Source of the DNA: Vicinamibacterales bacterium
GTDB lineage: Bacteria > Acidobacteriota > Vicinamibacteria > Vicinamibacterales > UBA8438
Reading direction: 5' to 3'
DNA length: 64,000 nt
Assembly: GCA_965207615.1 (NCBI GenBank)
Contig: CBDBMZ010000003.1
Location: 6,463,972 to 6,527,971 of the forward strand
The notes beneath the pieces were generated by a model. That model made no database searches, was not told the DNA's origin, and saw nothing but the letters and a program-made list of their open reading frames with translations. Within the stretch, counting starts at the first letter, position 1; each line of letters opens with the position of its first letter. Below, in pieces: positions 44,283 to 53,071 of the stretch. A program made the position numbers and the translations under genes.

Positions 44283-45711
44283 AGATGCGGTGGCCGCGCA
44301 CGGTCACGCCATGGGCGGCAAGGGCGGCGAGCCATCCGTCGCGGGTGCCGATGGTGCTGGCGGCGTCGAGTAGCCTGAGGCGCTCCTCGCGGGCGGTCAG
44401 GCGTGCGAAGCGGGGGCGGGCGGGGTAGTCGTCGGCCACGAAGCGCTCCTTGCGGTGGAGCACCGGGGGATTGGCGGAACGCGTATAGTCGCGGAAGTGC
44501 AGCCGGAGGCCCTTGAGGTCGGCGACGATGCTGCTCTGCAGGGCGGGGTGGGCGACCCGGTCGAACGACTCGTAGACGAGGTACGACACGCGGGGCCGGC
44601 GGCGGGAGAGCTTGACGAGGGTCAGCCCGTCGACGGTGCCGGCGAGCTGGCGGGCGCAGCCTTCGTAGACGCGCAGCACCGGGGGAAGCTGGGCGACGGC
44701 GGTGTGGTGGACGTAGAGGGCGTCGGGCAGCAGCTTGCCGACCGGCGCACGGCGGCACGCGCGGTCCACCGCGTCCTGGTCGCCGGCCGAGAACAGCAGC
44801 GCGTCGGCGGCGGCGCAGCCGGACTTGTAGGACCCGAAGAAGGCGCGGATGTCGAGGCGAAGCGCCTCGGGGAGCGCGCCGAGGCGGGGGCGCTTCGGGA
44901 ACGCGGCGAGGGCGAGGTACACGAGCAGGTCGTCGTGGCCGTGGGCCCGGAGCGCGTCCCAGCGTTCGGCGCCGGTGGCCCGCCGGAGCAGGGAGAACGC
45001 CCGGGCGACGCTGCCGAACGCGCGGTCGAGCTGCGGGGCGGTCGGGAGCTCTCCGGGGGCGGGCAGGCGCCCGCGCGCGGTGAAGAACGCGACGAGGGGT
45101 TCGAGCAGGTCCGCGTGTTCGGCAACGAGCTCACGGCATTCGTCGATGCCGGAGGCGCGGCGGCGGCGCGAGACGCGGCCGATGGCGAACGACTGCTCCT
45201 CGGCCTCGTCGCGGAACACGTAGAAGATGCCGGGCGCGGCGGCGACGGGGCGCCGGCCGAGGACCCGTTCGATCCACGTGCGCAGCTCCTCCTGCGTGAA
45301 GAACTTCTGGAAGGTGCGCCGGCCGGTGACGATGCCGTCGCCCTGGAAGTCGACGGCGGCGTCGGTCGCCTCCCAGTCGAGGCGGGCGGACACGACGAGG
45401 ACCCGCCGGGCGAGCTCCCACGCGGCAGCCAGAACGACGGCGCGCTCGTCGGGGTCTTCGACGACGTTGACGACGTAGCCGAGGTTCACGACGTCGGCCG
45501 GCGTGCGCTCTTCGTCGGGGAAGAAGGCGGGGTCCCAGCCCGAGACCGGGACTCCCAGGCGGTGCAGCCGCAGCAGGTCGCCGCCCCGACCGCAGCCATA
45601 GTCGAAGAACGTCCGGTCCTTGCGGATGACGTCGTCCTGGAGGGCGAGCGCGGCCGGCCGCGACAGCGAGGTCCGGCGGATGGCGGTTCGGTCCGACCGC
45701 GTCGCGCTCAT
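44146..45711 (-). CDS. SAM-dependent methyltransferase of the family annotated 'DNA phosphorothioation-associated putative methyltransferase'
   Basis: RTAIRRTSLSRPAALALQDDVI...FFDYGCGRGGDLLRLHRLGVPVSGWDP (SAM motif I) plus a long C-terminal domain. ATG at 45711. The last ~42 codons run antisense through the HNH gene's 3' end and may not be genuine. Confidence 0.65.
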   Translation of the reverse strand: MSATRSDRTAIRRTSLSRPAALALQDDVIRKDRTFFDYGCGRGGDLLRLHRLGVPVSGWDPAFFPDEERTPADVVNLGYVVNVVEDPDERAVVLAAAWELARRVLVVSARLDWEATDAAVDFQGDGIVTGRRTFQKFFTQEELRTWIERVLGRRPVAAAPGIFYVFRDEAEEQSFAIGRVSRRRRASGIDECRELVAEHADLLEPLVAFFTARGRLPAPGELPTAPQLDRAFGSVARAFSLLRRATGAERWDALRAHGHDDLLVYLALAAFPKRPRLGALPEALRLDIRAFFGSYKSGCAAADALLFSAGDQDAVDRACRRAPVGKLLPDALYVHHTAVAQLPPVLRVYEGCARQLAGTVDGLTLVKLSRRRPRVSYLVYESFDRVAHPALQSSIVADLKGLRLHFRDYTRSANPPVLHRKERFVADDYPARPRFARLTAREERLRLLDAASTIGTRDGWLAALAAHGVTVRGHRIFRLGAAAEAHREIPRGDASRRSADRAADPLPAADGAAGRAGRARR

Positions 45712-45939
45712 GGGGGCGATTCCCGTCGGCGATCCCGAGTCGGCGGTATCGTCGAGTTCGGCCTGCGGCGCCGCCTCGCCTTCGAGCCCGGCCGTGGCCC
45801 GGGCTCCGCGGTCGGGGCCTACCCTGGTCGTTCGCCCAATGTACCATCGTCGGACGAGAGCGGTGGCGCCGGTCAGCGTCACCCTCAGCGGCCCGAACCG
45901 CGGCGCGAGGGGGACGGGCGCGCCTGCCGTGAACGTCGT

Positions 45940-46374
45940 TTACCCCACTCGCTTCTGCAGGCACGCGAAGAAGCGGTCCATCATCATCTTCGAGACGCTG
46001 CCGAGCAGGCGCTGGCCGACGCGGGCGATGGTGCCGCCGACCTGCACGGTGCCTTCGACGGTCACCTCGGTAGCGCCGCCGGTGTCGCGGAGCGCGATTG
46101 AGGCGCCGCCGTTGACGAACCCGGGCTTGCCGCGACCTTCGACGGCGAGGCGGTAGGTCTTCGGCGGGTCGAGGTCCTGCAGCTCGACGGTGCCCTCGTA
46201 GCGGCCGGTGACGGCGGCGATGCCCATGGTGAGCACCGCGCGGTACTTGTTCTCGCCGGTGGGCTCAAGGGACTCGAGGCCGGGCAGGCAGGCGGCGACG
46301 GCGTCGATGTCGACGAGGAGGTCCCAGACGGCCTGGGGGGGCGCGTCGAAGGTGTAGGTGGCGTTGATGTTCAT
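45940..46374 (-). CDS. coxG: CoxG-like SRPBCC protein
   Basis: FDAPPQAVWDLLVDIDAVAACLPGLESLE...YRAVLTMGIAAVTGRYEG...GGTIARVGQRLL. Confidence 0.85.
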   Translation of the reverse strand: MNINATYTFDAPPQAVWDLLVDIDAVAACLPGLESLEPTGENKYRAVLTMGIAAVTGRYEGTVELQDLDPPKTYRLAVEGRGKPGFVNGGASIALRDTGGATEVTVEGTVQVGGTIARVGQRLLGSVSKMMMDRFFACLQKRVG

Positions 46375-47852
46375 GGCGATTCAGGCGCGGTTTCCGACGC
46401 GCCGCGGGCCGGCCGCGTGACGGTGCCTGCCCGGCCCGCGGTCCCCGTCGGCGAGAGCTGGCGGCGGGCGGGCCGGCGGTCGACCAGCCGGTTCAGGTGC
46501 GTGGCCAGCGACTCGAGGCTGGCGAGATTGTGCACCGGGAGGAAGTCGTCGATCCAGGGCAGGGCCGCCTGCATGCCGCGGGTCAGGGGGCGGTAGCGCG
46601 GGGAGCCCAGCAGCGGGTTCAGCCACACGAGGCGGTGGCAGCTTCGCTGCAGCCGCGCCATCTCGCGGCCCAGGCGCTCGGGCTCGCCGCGGTCCCAGCC
46701 GTCCGAGATGAGGAGCACGATGGGGGCGTGGCCCATCACCCGGCGCGCCCAGTCGAGGTTGAAGCGGCCCAGGGCCTCGCCGATGCGGGTGCCGCCCGAC
46801 CAGTCCGGGACGTGGCGGGGCAGGGTCGGCACCACGTCGTCGACCCCGCGCCGCGCGAGGCGTTTCGTCACCCGGGTCAGGGTCGTCGAGAAGAGGAACG
46901 TCTCGACCGTGTCGAAGCCGCGGGCGAGGGTGTGCACGAAGTGGAGCAGCATGCGGCTGTAGCGTTCCATCGATCCGCTGACGTCGCAGAGCAGCACGAG
47001 GGGGCGCGTGCGGGTGCGGCGGGCGCGGCGGGGGAGGACGACGAGCTCGCCGCCGAAGCGCAGGTTGTGCCGGACGGCGCGGCGGACGTCGATGGTGGGC
47101 CCCGCCCCGGGCCGCCACCGGCGGGTGGTCCGGGTGGCGGGGGCCCACTCGAGGGCGGACATGAGGGCGCGGGCGTCGGCGATCTCGGTGTCGGTGAAGG
47201 TGGCGAAGTCCTTCGTGCGCGATACCTGGCGCGCGCTGTAGGTCATGGCCGCCACCTGCTCGAGCCGCAGCAGGGCGTCCTCGCCCGCGTCGGGGGCGCC
47301 GGGCGCGGGCGCGTCGGGGGGGAGGTCGACCTCGGGGGGCGCGAAGCGGCGGCGCTCGCCCATCGCCCGCAGGTCGCGGGCGGTGCGCTCGCCCCGCGGG
47401 GGGCGCCAGAACAGGCGGAACGCCTCGTCGAAGATCGGGAGGTCCTGCGCCCGGCGGACGAGCAGGGTCTGCAGCGTGTGGTAGAAGTCGGCCCGCCGCC
47501 CGACGTCGACGTGGCCGAGCGCCTCCGCCACGTCGAGCATGCCGCCCGCCTGCACGTCGAGGCCGAGGGCGTGCAGCAGGCGGCCGAACCGGAGGAGGTT
47601 GCCGAACAGGTGGCCCGCCGCGCGCGGGTCGTCGGGGCTCAGCTCCGGCGGTCGGCCGGCTTCGGAAGCGCTCGGCCGCGCCCCTTCGGTCGCGGGAACG
47701 CCGGACTGCGGTCCCTCGGTCACGGGGACGGCAGGAAGCCCGCCGGCGGTTGCGCGGCGGTCCCGGCCGTCGGCGGTCATGCCGTCCCGTGGGCTGCCGT
47801 TCGTGGCCCCCTGGCGGTTACCGGCAATCCGGTCCCCGCCCTCGCCGCTCAT
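46371..47852 (-). CDS. coxE: VWA-domain protein CoxE-like
   Basis: LVLLCDVSGSMERYSRMLLHF (MIDAS), LLISDGWDRG, VWLNPLLG. ATG at 47852 overlaps the coxD stop (ATGA). The listed 730-aa ORF is an upstream over-extension. Confidence 0.85.
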   Translation of the reverse strand: MSGEGGDRIAGNRQGATNGSPRDGMTADGRDRRATAGGLPAVPVTEGPQSGVPATEGARPSASEAGRPPELSPDDPRAAGHLFGNLLRFGRLLHALGLDVQAGGMLDVAEALGHVDVGRRADFYHTLQTLLVRRAQDLPIFDEAFRLFWRPPRGERTARDLRAMGERRRFAPPEVDLPPDAPAPGAPDAGEDALLRLEQVAAMTYSARQVSRTKDFATFTDTEIADARALMSALEWAPATRTTRRWRPGAGPTIDVRRAVRHNLRFGGELVVLPRRARRTRTRPLVLLCDVSGSMERYSRMLLHFVHTLARGFDTVETFLFSTTLTRVTKRLARRGVDDVVPTLPRHVPDWSGGTRIGEALGRFNLDWARRVMGHAPIVLLISDGWDRGEPERLGREMARLQRSCHRLVWLNPLLGSPRYRPLTRGMQAALPWIDDFLPVHNLASLESLATHLNRLVDRRPARRQLSPTGTAGRAGTVTRPARGASETAPESP

Positions 47853-48787
47853 GCGCCCCCGGCCGCGCCGGCCGGCAGGAGGCTGCGCTCGAACAGCGCC
47901 TGCGCCCGTTCGCCGCGAATCGCCTCCAGGTCCTCCTGGGTCTTCAGCACGAGGCCCAGGGTCTCGTCGATGGTCGCCCCGTCGAGCTCGCGGCGGTCGA
48001 GGGCGACGAGGGCGGCTATCCAGTCCAGCGTCTCGGAGACGCCCGACACCTTGTAGAGCTCGGCCGTGCGCAGTTCCTGCACGAAGCGGGTCACCTGCTC
48101 GGCGAGGCGGGCCGGCGCCTCGGGCACCTTGCCGGTGACGATGCGGTACTCCTTCTCGAAGTCCGGGTAATCGATCCACCAGTAGAGGCACCGCCGCTTC
48201 AGGGCGTTGTGCAGCTCGCGGGTCCGGTTCGAAGTGATGACCACGACGGGCGGCGTCGCCGCGCGCACCGTGCCCAGCTCGGGGATGGTCACCTGGAAAT
48301 CGGACAGCAGCTCGAGCAGGTACCCCTCGAACTCCTCGTCGGCGCGGTCGAGCTCGTCGATGAGCAGCACCGGGGCACGCGCGCCGGTCGTCTCGAGGGC
48401 GCGCAGCAGGGGGCGCTTGATGAGGAAGTCGGGGCCGAAGAGGTCCCGGGCCACCGCCGCACGGTCGACCGGCCCCGCCGCCTCGCGCAGCCGGATCTCG
48501 AGGAGCTGGCGCGCGTAGTTCCACTCGTAGACGGCGTGGGTGACGTCGAGGCCCTCGTAGCACTGCAGCCGGATGAGCTCGGCCCCGAGGCCCGCGGCGA
48601 GGACCTTCGCGACCTCGGTCTTGCCGACGCCGGCCTCGCCCTCGAGGAGCAGGGGGCGGCCGAGGCGCAGGGCGAGGTAGATCGACGTCGCGAGGCCGCG
48701 GTCGGCGACGTAGGCCTCGCGGGACAGCAGCGCCTGCAGCTCGTCGATGGACGCCGGCAGGGTCGATGCGGTGGAGGTGTCGGTCAT
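47849..48787 (-). CDS. coxD: MoxR-type AAA ATPase CoxD-like
   Basis: LLLEGEAGVGKTEVAK Walker A, VLLIDELDRADEEFE Walker B. Confidence 0.9.
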   Translation of the reverse strand: MTDTSTASTLPASIDELQALLSREAYVADRGLATSIYLALRLGRPLLLEGEAGVGKTEVAKVLAAGLGAELIRLQCYEGLDVTHAVYEWNYARQLLEIRLREAAGPVDRAAVARDLFGPDFLIKRPLLRALETTGARAPVLLIDELDRADEEFEGYLLELLSDFQVTIPELGTVRAATPPVVVITSNRTRELHNALKRRCLYWWIDYPDFEKEYRIVTGKVPEAPARLAEQVTRFVQELRTAELYKVSGVSETLDWIAALVALDRRELDGATIDETLGLVLKTQEDLEAIRGERAQALFERSLLPAGAAGGA

Positions 48788-48800
48788 CCCAAGCGCGGGT

Positions 48801-49733
48801 TTACGACCCCCAGGGCCACCACCCGCCGCCGCCGGAGCCCGACCCCTCGGACGAGGGCGGGGGCGAGGCCGGAGCCGGTCGGAGCGCCGCCGTCAGGGCC
48901 CGCTTCACGCAGACCGGGGCCATCGCCCGCCGGTACTCGGCCGACGCGTAGATGTCGCCGATGAGATCGTCGCCGAGGTCGTTCGAGACCGCCGCCGCGG
49001 CGGCGGCGACGGCCTCGGCGGTCGGCGCCTGGCCGGACAGGGCCTGCTCGACCGAGCCGGCTCGCACCGCGGCCGGCACGAGGCCGCCCAGCGCTACGGC
49101 GACGCTGCCCACGGTGTCTCCCTGCCGCTCGACGGCGGCCGCCACTCCGATCACCGCGTAGCGCGAGGCGGGGTGCGAGAACTTCTCGTAGGCCTGGCCC
49201 TGGCCGCCCGGCCGCGCCGGCACGTCGATGGCGGTCACCACGTCGTGCTCGCCGAGGGCGGTGGCCATCATGCCCTGGAAGAAGTCGCCGGCCGCGATGC
49301 TGCGCTCGCCGTCGTTGCCGGCCACCGCGAGCGAGGCCCCGAGGGCCACGAGCACCGTCGGCAGGTCCGACGCGGGGTCGGCGTGGGCGACGTTGCCGCC
49401 GATGGTGCCGCGGTTGCGGACGGCGGGGTCGCCGATGACCCCGGCCGCGGCGGCCAGGGCCGGGGCGTGCGCGGCCACGTCGGCCGACGCCGCGATCTCG
49501 GCGTGGGTGGTCAGCGCGCCGATGCGCACCCGGCCGTCGGCGACGGCGATGCCCTTCAGCTCGGCGACGCGGCCGATGTCGATGAGGGCCGTCGGCGAGG
49601 CGAGCCGGAGCTTCAGCAGGGGAATCAGGCTGTGCCCGCCGGCCAGCAGCTTGGCGCCGGGGTGGGCGCGCAGTAGCCGGCCGATCTCGGCCACCGAGTC
49701 CGCCCGGTAGTATGCGAAGTCTGGTGCGTACAT
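48801..49733 (-). CDS. coxM: FAD-binding medium subunit of a xanthine dehydrogenase/CO dehydrogenase-family enzyme
   Basis: LLAGGHSLIPLLKLR, RNRGTIGGNVAHADPASD, ASAEYRRAMAPV. ATG at 49733 (MYAPDFAYY). Confidence 0.85.
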   Translation of the reverse strand: MYAPDFAYYRADSVAEIGRLLRAHPGAKLLAGGHSLIPLLKLRLASPTALIDIGRVAELKGIAVADGRVRIGALTTHAEIAASADVAAHAPALAAAAGVIGDPAVRNRGTIGGNVAHADPASDLPTVLVALGASLAVAGNDGERSIAAGDFFQGMMATALGEHDVVTAIDVPARPGGQGQAYEKFSHPASRYAVIGVAAAVERQGDTVGSVAVALGGLVPAAVRAGSVEQALSGQAPTAEAVAAAAAAVSNDLGDDLIGDIYASAEYRRAMAPVCVKRALTAALRPAPASPPPSSEGSGSGGGGWWPWGS

Positions 49734-49830
49734 CGCCCTGTCCTTTCGCTTGTGCCGGCCCCCCGGCAATCGCCGCGTGGCCGCTCCGCCTCGGCGGCGC
49801 CGCTCCTGCCTCCGGCAAGTCTGCGCAGTA

Positions 49831-52188
49831 CTATGACGCGGACCCCTTGGCGTCCTGAATGGCCTGCCACACCCGTTCCGGCGTCAGCGGCATCCGGACC
49901 GACGTGACCCCCAGCGGCCGGAGGGCGTCCATCACCGCGTTGTAGACGGCGGCGGTCGACGCGATGGTGCCCGCCTCGCCGATGCCCTTCACGCCGAGGG
50001 GGTGGTGCGGCGACGGGGTCACCGTCGACAGCACCTCGATTTCGGGGAGCAGGTCGGCGCGGGGCAGGGCGTAGTCGAGCATGCTGCCGGTCACGAGCTG
50101 GCCGCCCTCGTCGTAGACGGCCTCCTCCCACAGCGCCTGGCCCACCCCCTGCACGACGCCGCCGTGCACCTGCCCCTCGACGATCACGGGGTTGATCTGG
50201 GGGCCGCAGTCGTCGAGCGCGACGTAGCGCTTCAGGGCGACGGCGCCGGTCTCGGCGTCGACCTCGACCACCGCGAGGTGGGCGCCGAAGGGGAACGTGA
50301 AGTTGGGCGGGTCGTAGAACGTCGAGGCCTCGAGCCCCGCCTCGACCCCCTCGGGCATGTTCCACGCCACGTTGGCCATGAGGGCGATGTCGCCGATGGT
50401 CTTGCTCTGGTCGGGCGCCCCCTTGACGAAGAACTTGCCGTCCTCGTACTCCATGTCCTCGACCGCGGCCTCGAGGAGGTGCGCGGCGATGACCTTGGCC
50501 TTGTCGCGTATCTTGCGCGCGGTCAGGGCGAGCGCCGCCCCGCCGACGGCGGTGGTGCGGCTGCCGTAGGTGCCCCAGCCCATCGGCGTGTTGTCGGTGT
50601 CGCCGTGGAAGACCTTGACGTCCTGGGGGTCGACCCCCAGCTCGCTGCCCACGATCTGGGCGAAGGTCGTCTCCTCGCCCTGGCCGTGCGGCGAGGCCCC
50701 GATGAACACGTGCACCTTGCCGCTCGGGTGGAAGCGGACGATGGCGCTCTCCCAGAGGCCCCCCTGGAACCCGATGGCCCCGGCGACCTGCGACGGCCCG
50801 AGGCCGCAGATCTCGACGTAGGTGGCGAGGCCGAGGCCGGTGTAGGTGCCGTTGGCCGGGCCCGCCTTCTGCTTCGCGCGCAGCCCCACGTAGTCGGCGT
50901 GGGCCATCACCTTGTCGAGGGCGCCGGGATAGTCGCCGCTATCGTAGTTCAGGGTCGTGACGACCTCGTGGCCGTCGTCGAACTTCGGGATGAGGTTCTT
51001 CTTGCGGACGTCGGCGGGGTCCATGTCGAGCTTCGCGGCCAGCACGTCCATCATGCGCTCGAGCATGAACGTCGCCTCGGGCCGCCCCGCCCCGCGGTAC
51101 GCCTCGACCGGCACGCCGTTGGTGTAGACGCCGTAGACGTCCTCGTGCACCGCCGGCAGCGTGTACACGCCCGACAGCATCAGCCCGTGCAGGATGGTGG
51201 GGATGCCCGGCGCCGCCGTCGACAGGTACGCGCCCATGCCCGCGTACACGGTGCAGCGCAGGCCGAGGAGGGTGCCGTCGTTCTTCGCGGCCAGCTCCAC
51301 GTGCTGCACGTGGTCGCGGCCGTGGGTCGTCGACTGGTAGTTCTCGCTGCGGGTCTCCGTCCACTTGACGGGGCGCCCGAGCTTGCGGCTGCAGAACATC
51401 GTGAGGAAGTCGGCGGGGTAGGCCGCGATCTTGCTGCCGAAGCCGCCCCCCACCTCGGGCGCGATGACCCGTATCTTGTCCTCGGAGATCCCCAGCACCA
51501 GCGAGGTGAGGAAGCGCACGATGTGGGGGTTCTGGGTGGTGTTCCACACCGTCAGCTCGCCCGTCGCCCCGACGAAGCTGGCGAGGGCCGCCCGCGGCTC
51601 CATCGCGTTGGGGATGAGCCGCTGCTGGATGATGCGGTCCTTCACCACGACGTCGGCCCCGGCGAACGCCGCGTCGACGTCGCCGCCCGCGACCTTCCAG
51701 TGGAACGCCTGGTTGCCGTCGATCTCGTCGTGCAGCTTCGGGGCGCCCTCGGCCGCCGCCGCCTCGGGGTCGGTCACCGCGGGCAGCGGCTCGTACGCGA
51801 CGTCGATGAGCTCGAGGGCGTCCTCGGCCTGGTAGCGGCTCTCGGCCACCACCACCGCCACGATGTCGCCGACGAAGCGCACCACGTCCTTGGCGAGGCA
51901 GTGGTAGCTGGCGATCTTGAGGTCCGAGTCGGGCAGGAGCCACGCGCACGGTGCCGGCTGCAGCCCGCCCTCGGTGTCGGCGTGCGTGTACGCCGCGATC
52001 ACGCCGGGGGCGGCCGCCGCCTTGCTCGTGTCGATCGAGGTGACGCGCGCGTGGGCGTGGGGGCTCCGCAGCATCGCCGCGTGCACCATGCGCGGCAGCG
52101 TCAGGTCGTCGGTGTAGGTGGCGCTGCCGGTGATGAGGCGCGGGTCTTCCCGCCGGCGGATGCCTGAACCGAAGATGCGTGTGCTCAT
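49831..52188 (-). CDS. coxL: Molybdopterin-binding large subunit, form-II CoxL-like (AYRGAGR motif)
   Basis: [41 protein letters not shown] at 52188 overlaps the coxS stop. Confidence 0.9.
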   Translation of the reverse strand: MSTRIFGSGIRRREDPRLITGSATYTDDLTLPRMVHAAMLRSPHAHARVTSIDTSKAAAAPGVIAAYTHADTEGGLQPAPCAWLLPDSDLKIASYHCLAKDVVRFVGDIVAVVVAESRYQAEDALELIDVAYEPLPAVTDPEAAAAEGAPKLHDEIDGNQAFHWKVAGGDVDAAFAGADVVVKDRIIQQRLIPNAMEPRAALASFVGATGELTVWNTTQNPHIVRFLTSLVLGISEDKIRVIAPEVGGGFGSKIAAYPADFLTMFCSRKLGRPVKWTETRSENYQSTTHGRDHVQHVELAAKNDGTLLGLRCTVYAGMGAYLSTAAPGIPTILHGLMLSGVYTLPAVHEDVYGVYTNGVPVEAYRGAGRPEATFMLERMMDVLAAKLDMDPADVRKKNLIPKFDDGHEVVTTLNYDSGDYPGALDKVMAHADYVGLRAKQKAGPANGTYTGLGLATYVEICGLGPSQVAGAIGFQGGLWESAIVRFHPSGKVHVFIGASPHGQGEETTFAQIVGSELGVDPQDVKVFHGDTDNTPMGWGTYGSRTTAVGGAALALTARKIRDKAKVIAAHLLEAAVEDMEYEDGKFFVKGAPDQSKTIGDIALMANVAWNMPEGVEAGLEASTFYDPPNFTFPFGAHLAVVEVDAETGAVALKRYVALDDCGPQINPVIVEGQVHGGVVQGVGQALWEEAVYDEGGQLVTGSMLDYALPRADLLPEIEVLSTVTPSPHHPLGVKGIGEAGTIASTAAVYNAVMDALRPLGVTSVRMPLTPERVWQAIQDAKGSAS

Positions 52189-52661
52189 GGCTGACCTGCC
52201 GTGGTTCCGGCGGCCTGGTGGACCGCCCGCACGATGTTCTGATAGCCGGTGCACCGGCACATGTTGCCCTCGAGGCCGTGGCGGATCTCGGCGTCGCTCG
52301 GGTCAGGCGTGATCCGCAGCAGCTCGTGCGCCGCCATGATCATGCCCGGCGTGCAGAAGCCGCACTGCAGCCCGTGCTTCTCCCAGAACGCGTCCTGCAG
52401 CGGGTGCAGGGCGTCGCCGTCGGCGAGCCCCTCGATGGTGGTCACCTCGGCGCCGTCGGCCTGGACGGCGAGGGCGGTGCACGACTTCAGCGAGGTGCCG
52501 TCCATCAGCACCGTGCACGCCCCGCACTGGCTGGTGTCGCAGCCGACCTTGGTGCCCGTCGACCCGATGACTTCGCGCAGGAAGTGCACCAGGAGCAGCC
52601 TCGGCTCGACCTCGCGGTCGTACCGCTGTCCGTTGACGGTGATCGAGACGGGGACAGTCAA
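52185..52661 (-). CDS. coxS: [2Fe-2S] small subunit
   Basis: [12 protein letters not shown] and [11 protein letters not shown]...CRCTGY cysteine clusters. Confidence 0.95.
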   Translation of the reverse strand: MTVPVSITVNGQRYDREVEPRLLLVHFLREVIGSTGTKVGCDTSQCGACTVLMDGTSLKSCTALAVQADGAEVTTIEGLADGDALHPLQDAFWEKHGLQCGFCTPGMIMAAHELLRITPDPSDAEIRHGLEGNMCRCTGYQNIVRAVHQAAGTTAGQP

Positions 52662-53071
52662 CCCGCACCTCCCTGGCGTCGGAGACGCCCGCTGGTCTTG
52701 GATGTGACGGAATTATAGCGCCGTTTCGGAAGGGCACGCCGATGCCGATGGGTATGGTCCAGTCTCGTCGTCCCCTGCGCTTGCCGTCGAGCATGGCGGC
52801 CGATGCGCTCCGAGGACATGAGCGAGCACACCCACGCCGAGTTCGACGCCCTCAGGGCTCAACTCGCCCGCGAGCGGGCAGTCGGACCCGCCGCCTACGC
52901 CGACCGAAGGGCCAGAGGCGCTGACCGCATCGCCCGGTGGGTACTCGGGATCGCGATCGCTCTGTGGCCCTCATCGTGGTCCAACTGCTCACCATGGAAC
53001 AACGCATCACCACCGCAGTGGTCGATCGGTTGGCCCCGCTCGTCGCACCAGCAACGCCGACCGGCGGGTAG

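Noticed and set aside
46371-48563. 730-aa ORF covering coxE and part of coxD
   Set aside because: The N-terminal ~240 aa are the antisense-like alternate frame of coxD. The VWA protein starts at the ATG at 47852, which overlaps the coxD stop.
52803-53070. Small ORF (MSEHTHAEFDALRAQLARERA...) that, with a frame change near 52,955, would give a TM helix and a tail (ALIVVQLLTMEQRITTAVVDRLAPLV...)
   Set aside because: It needs an unverified frameshift, has no recognisable family and no clear RBS. I left it unannotated.
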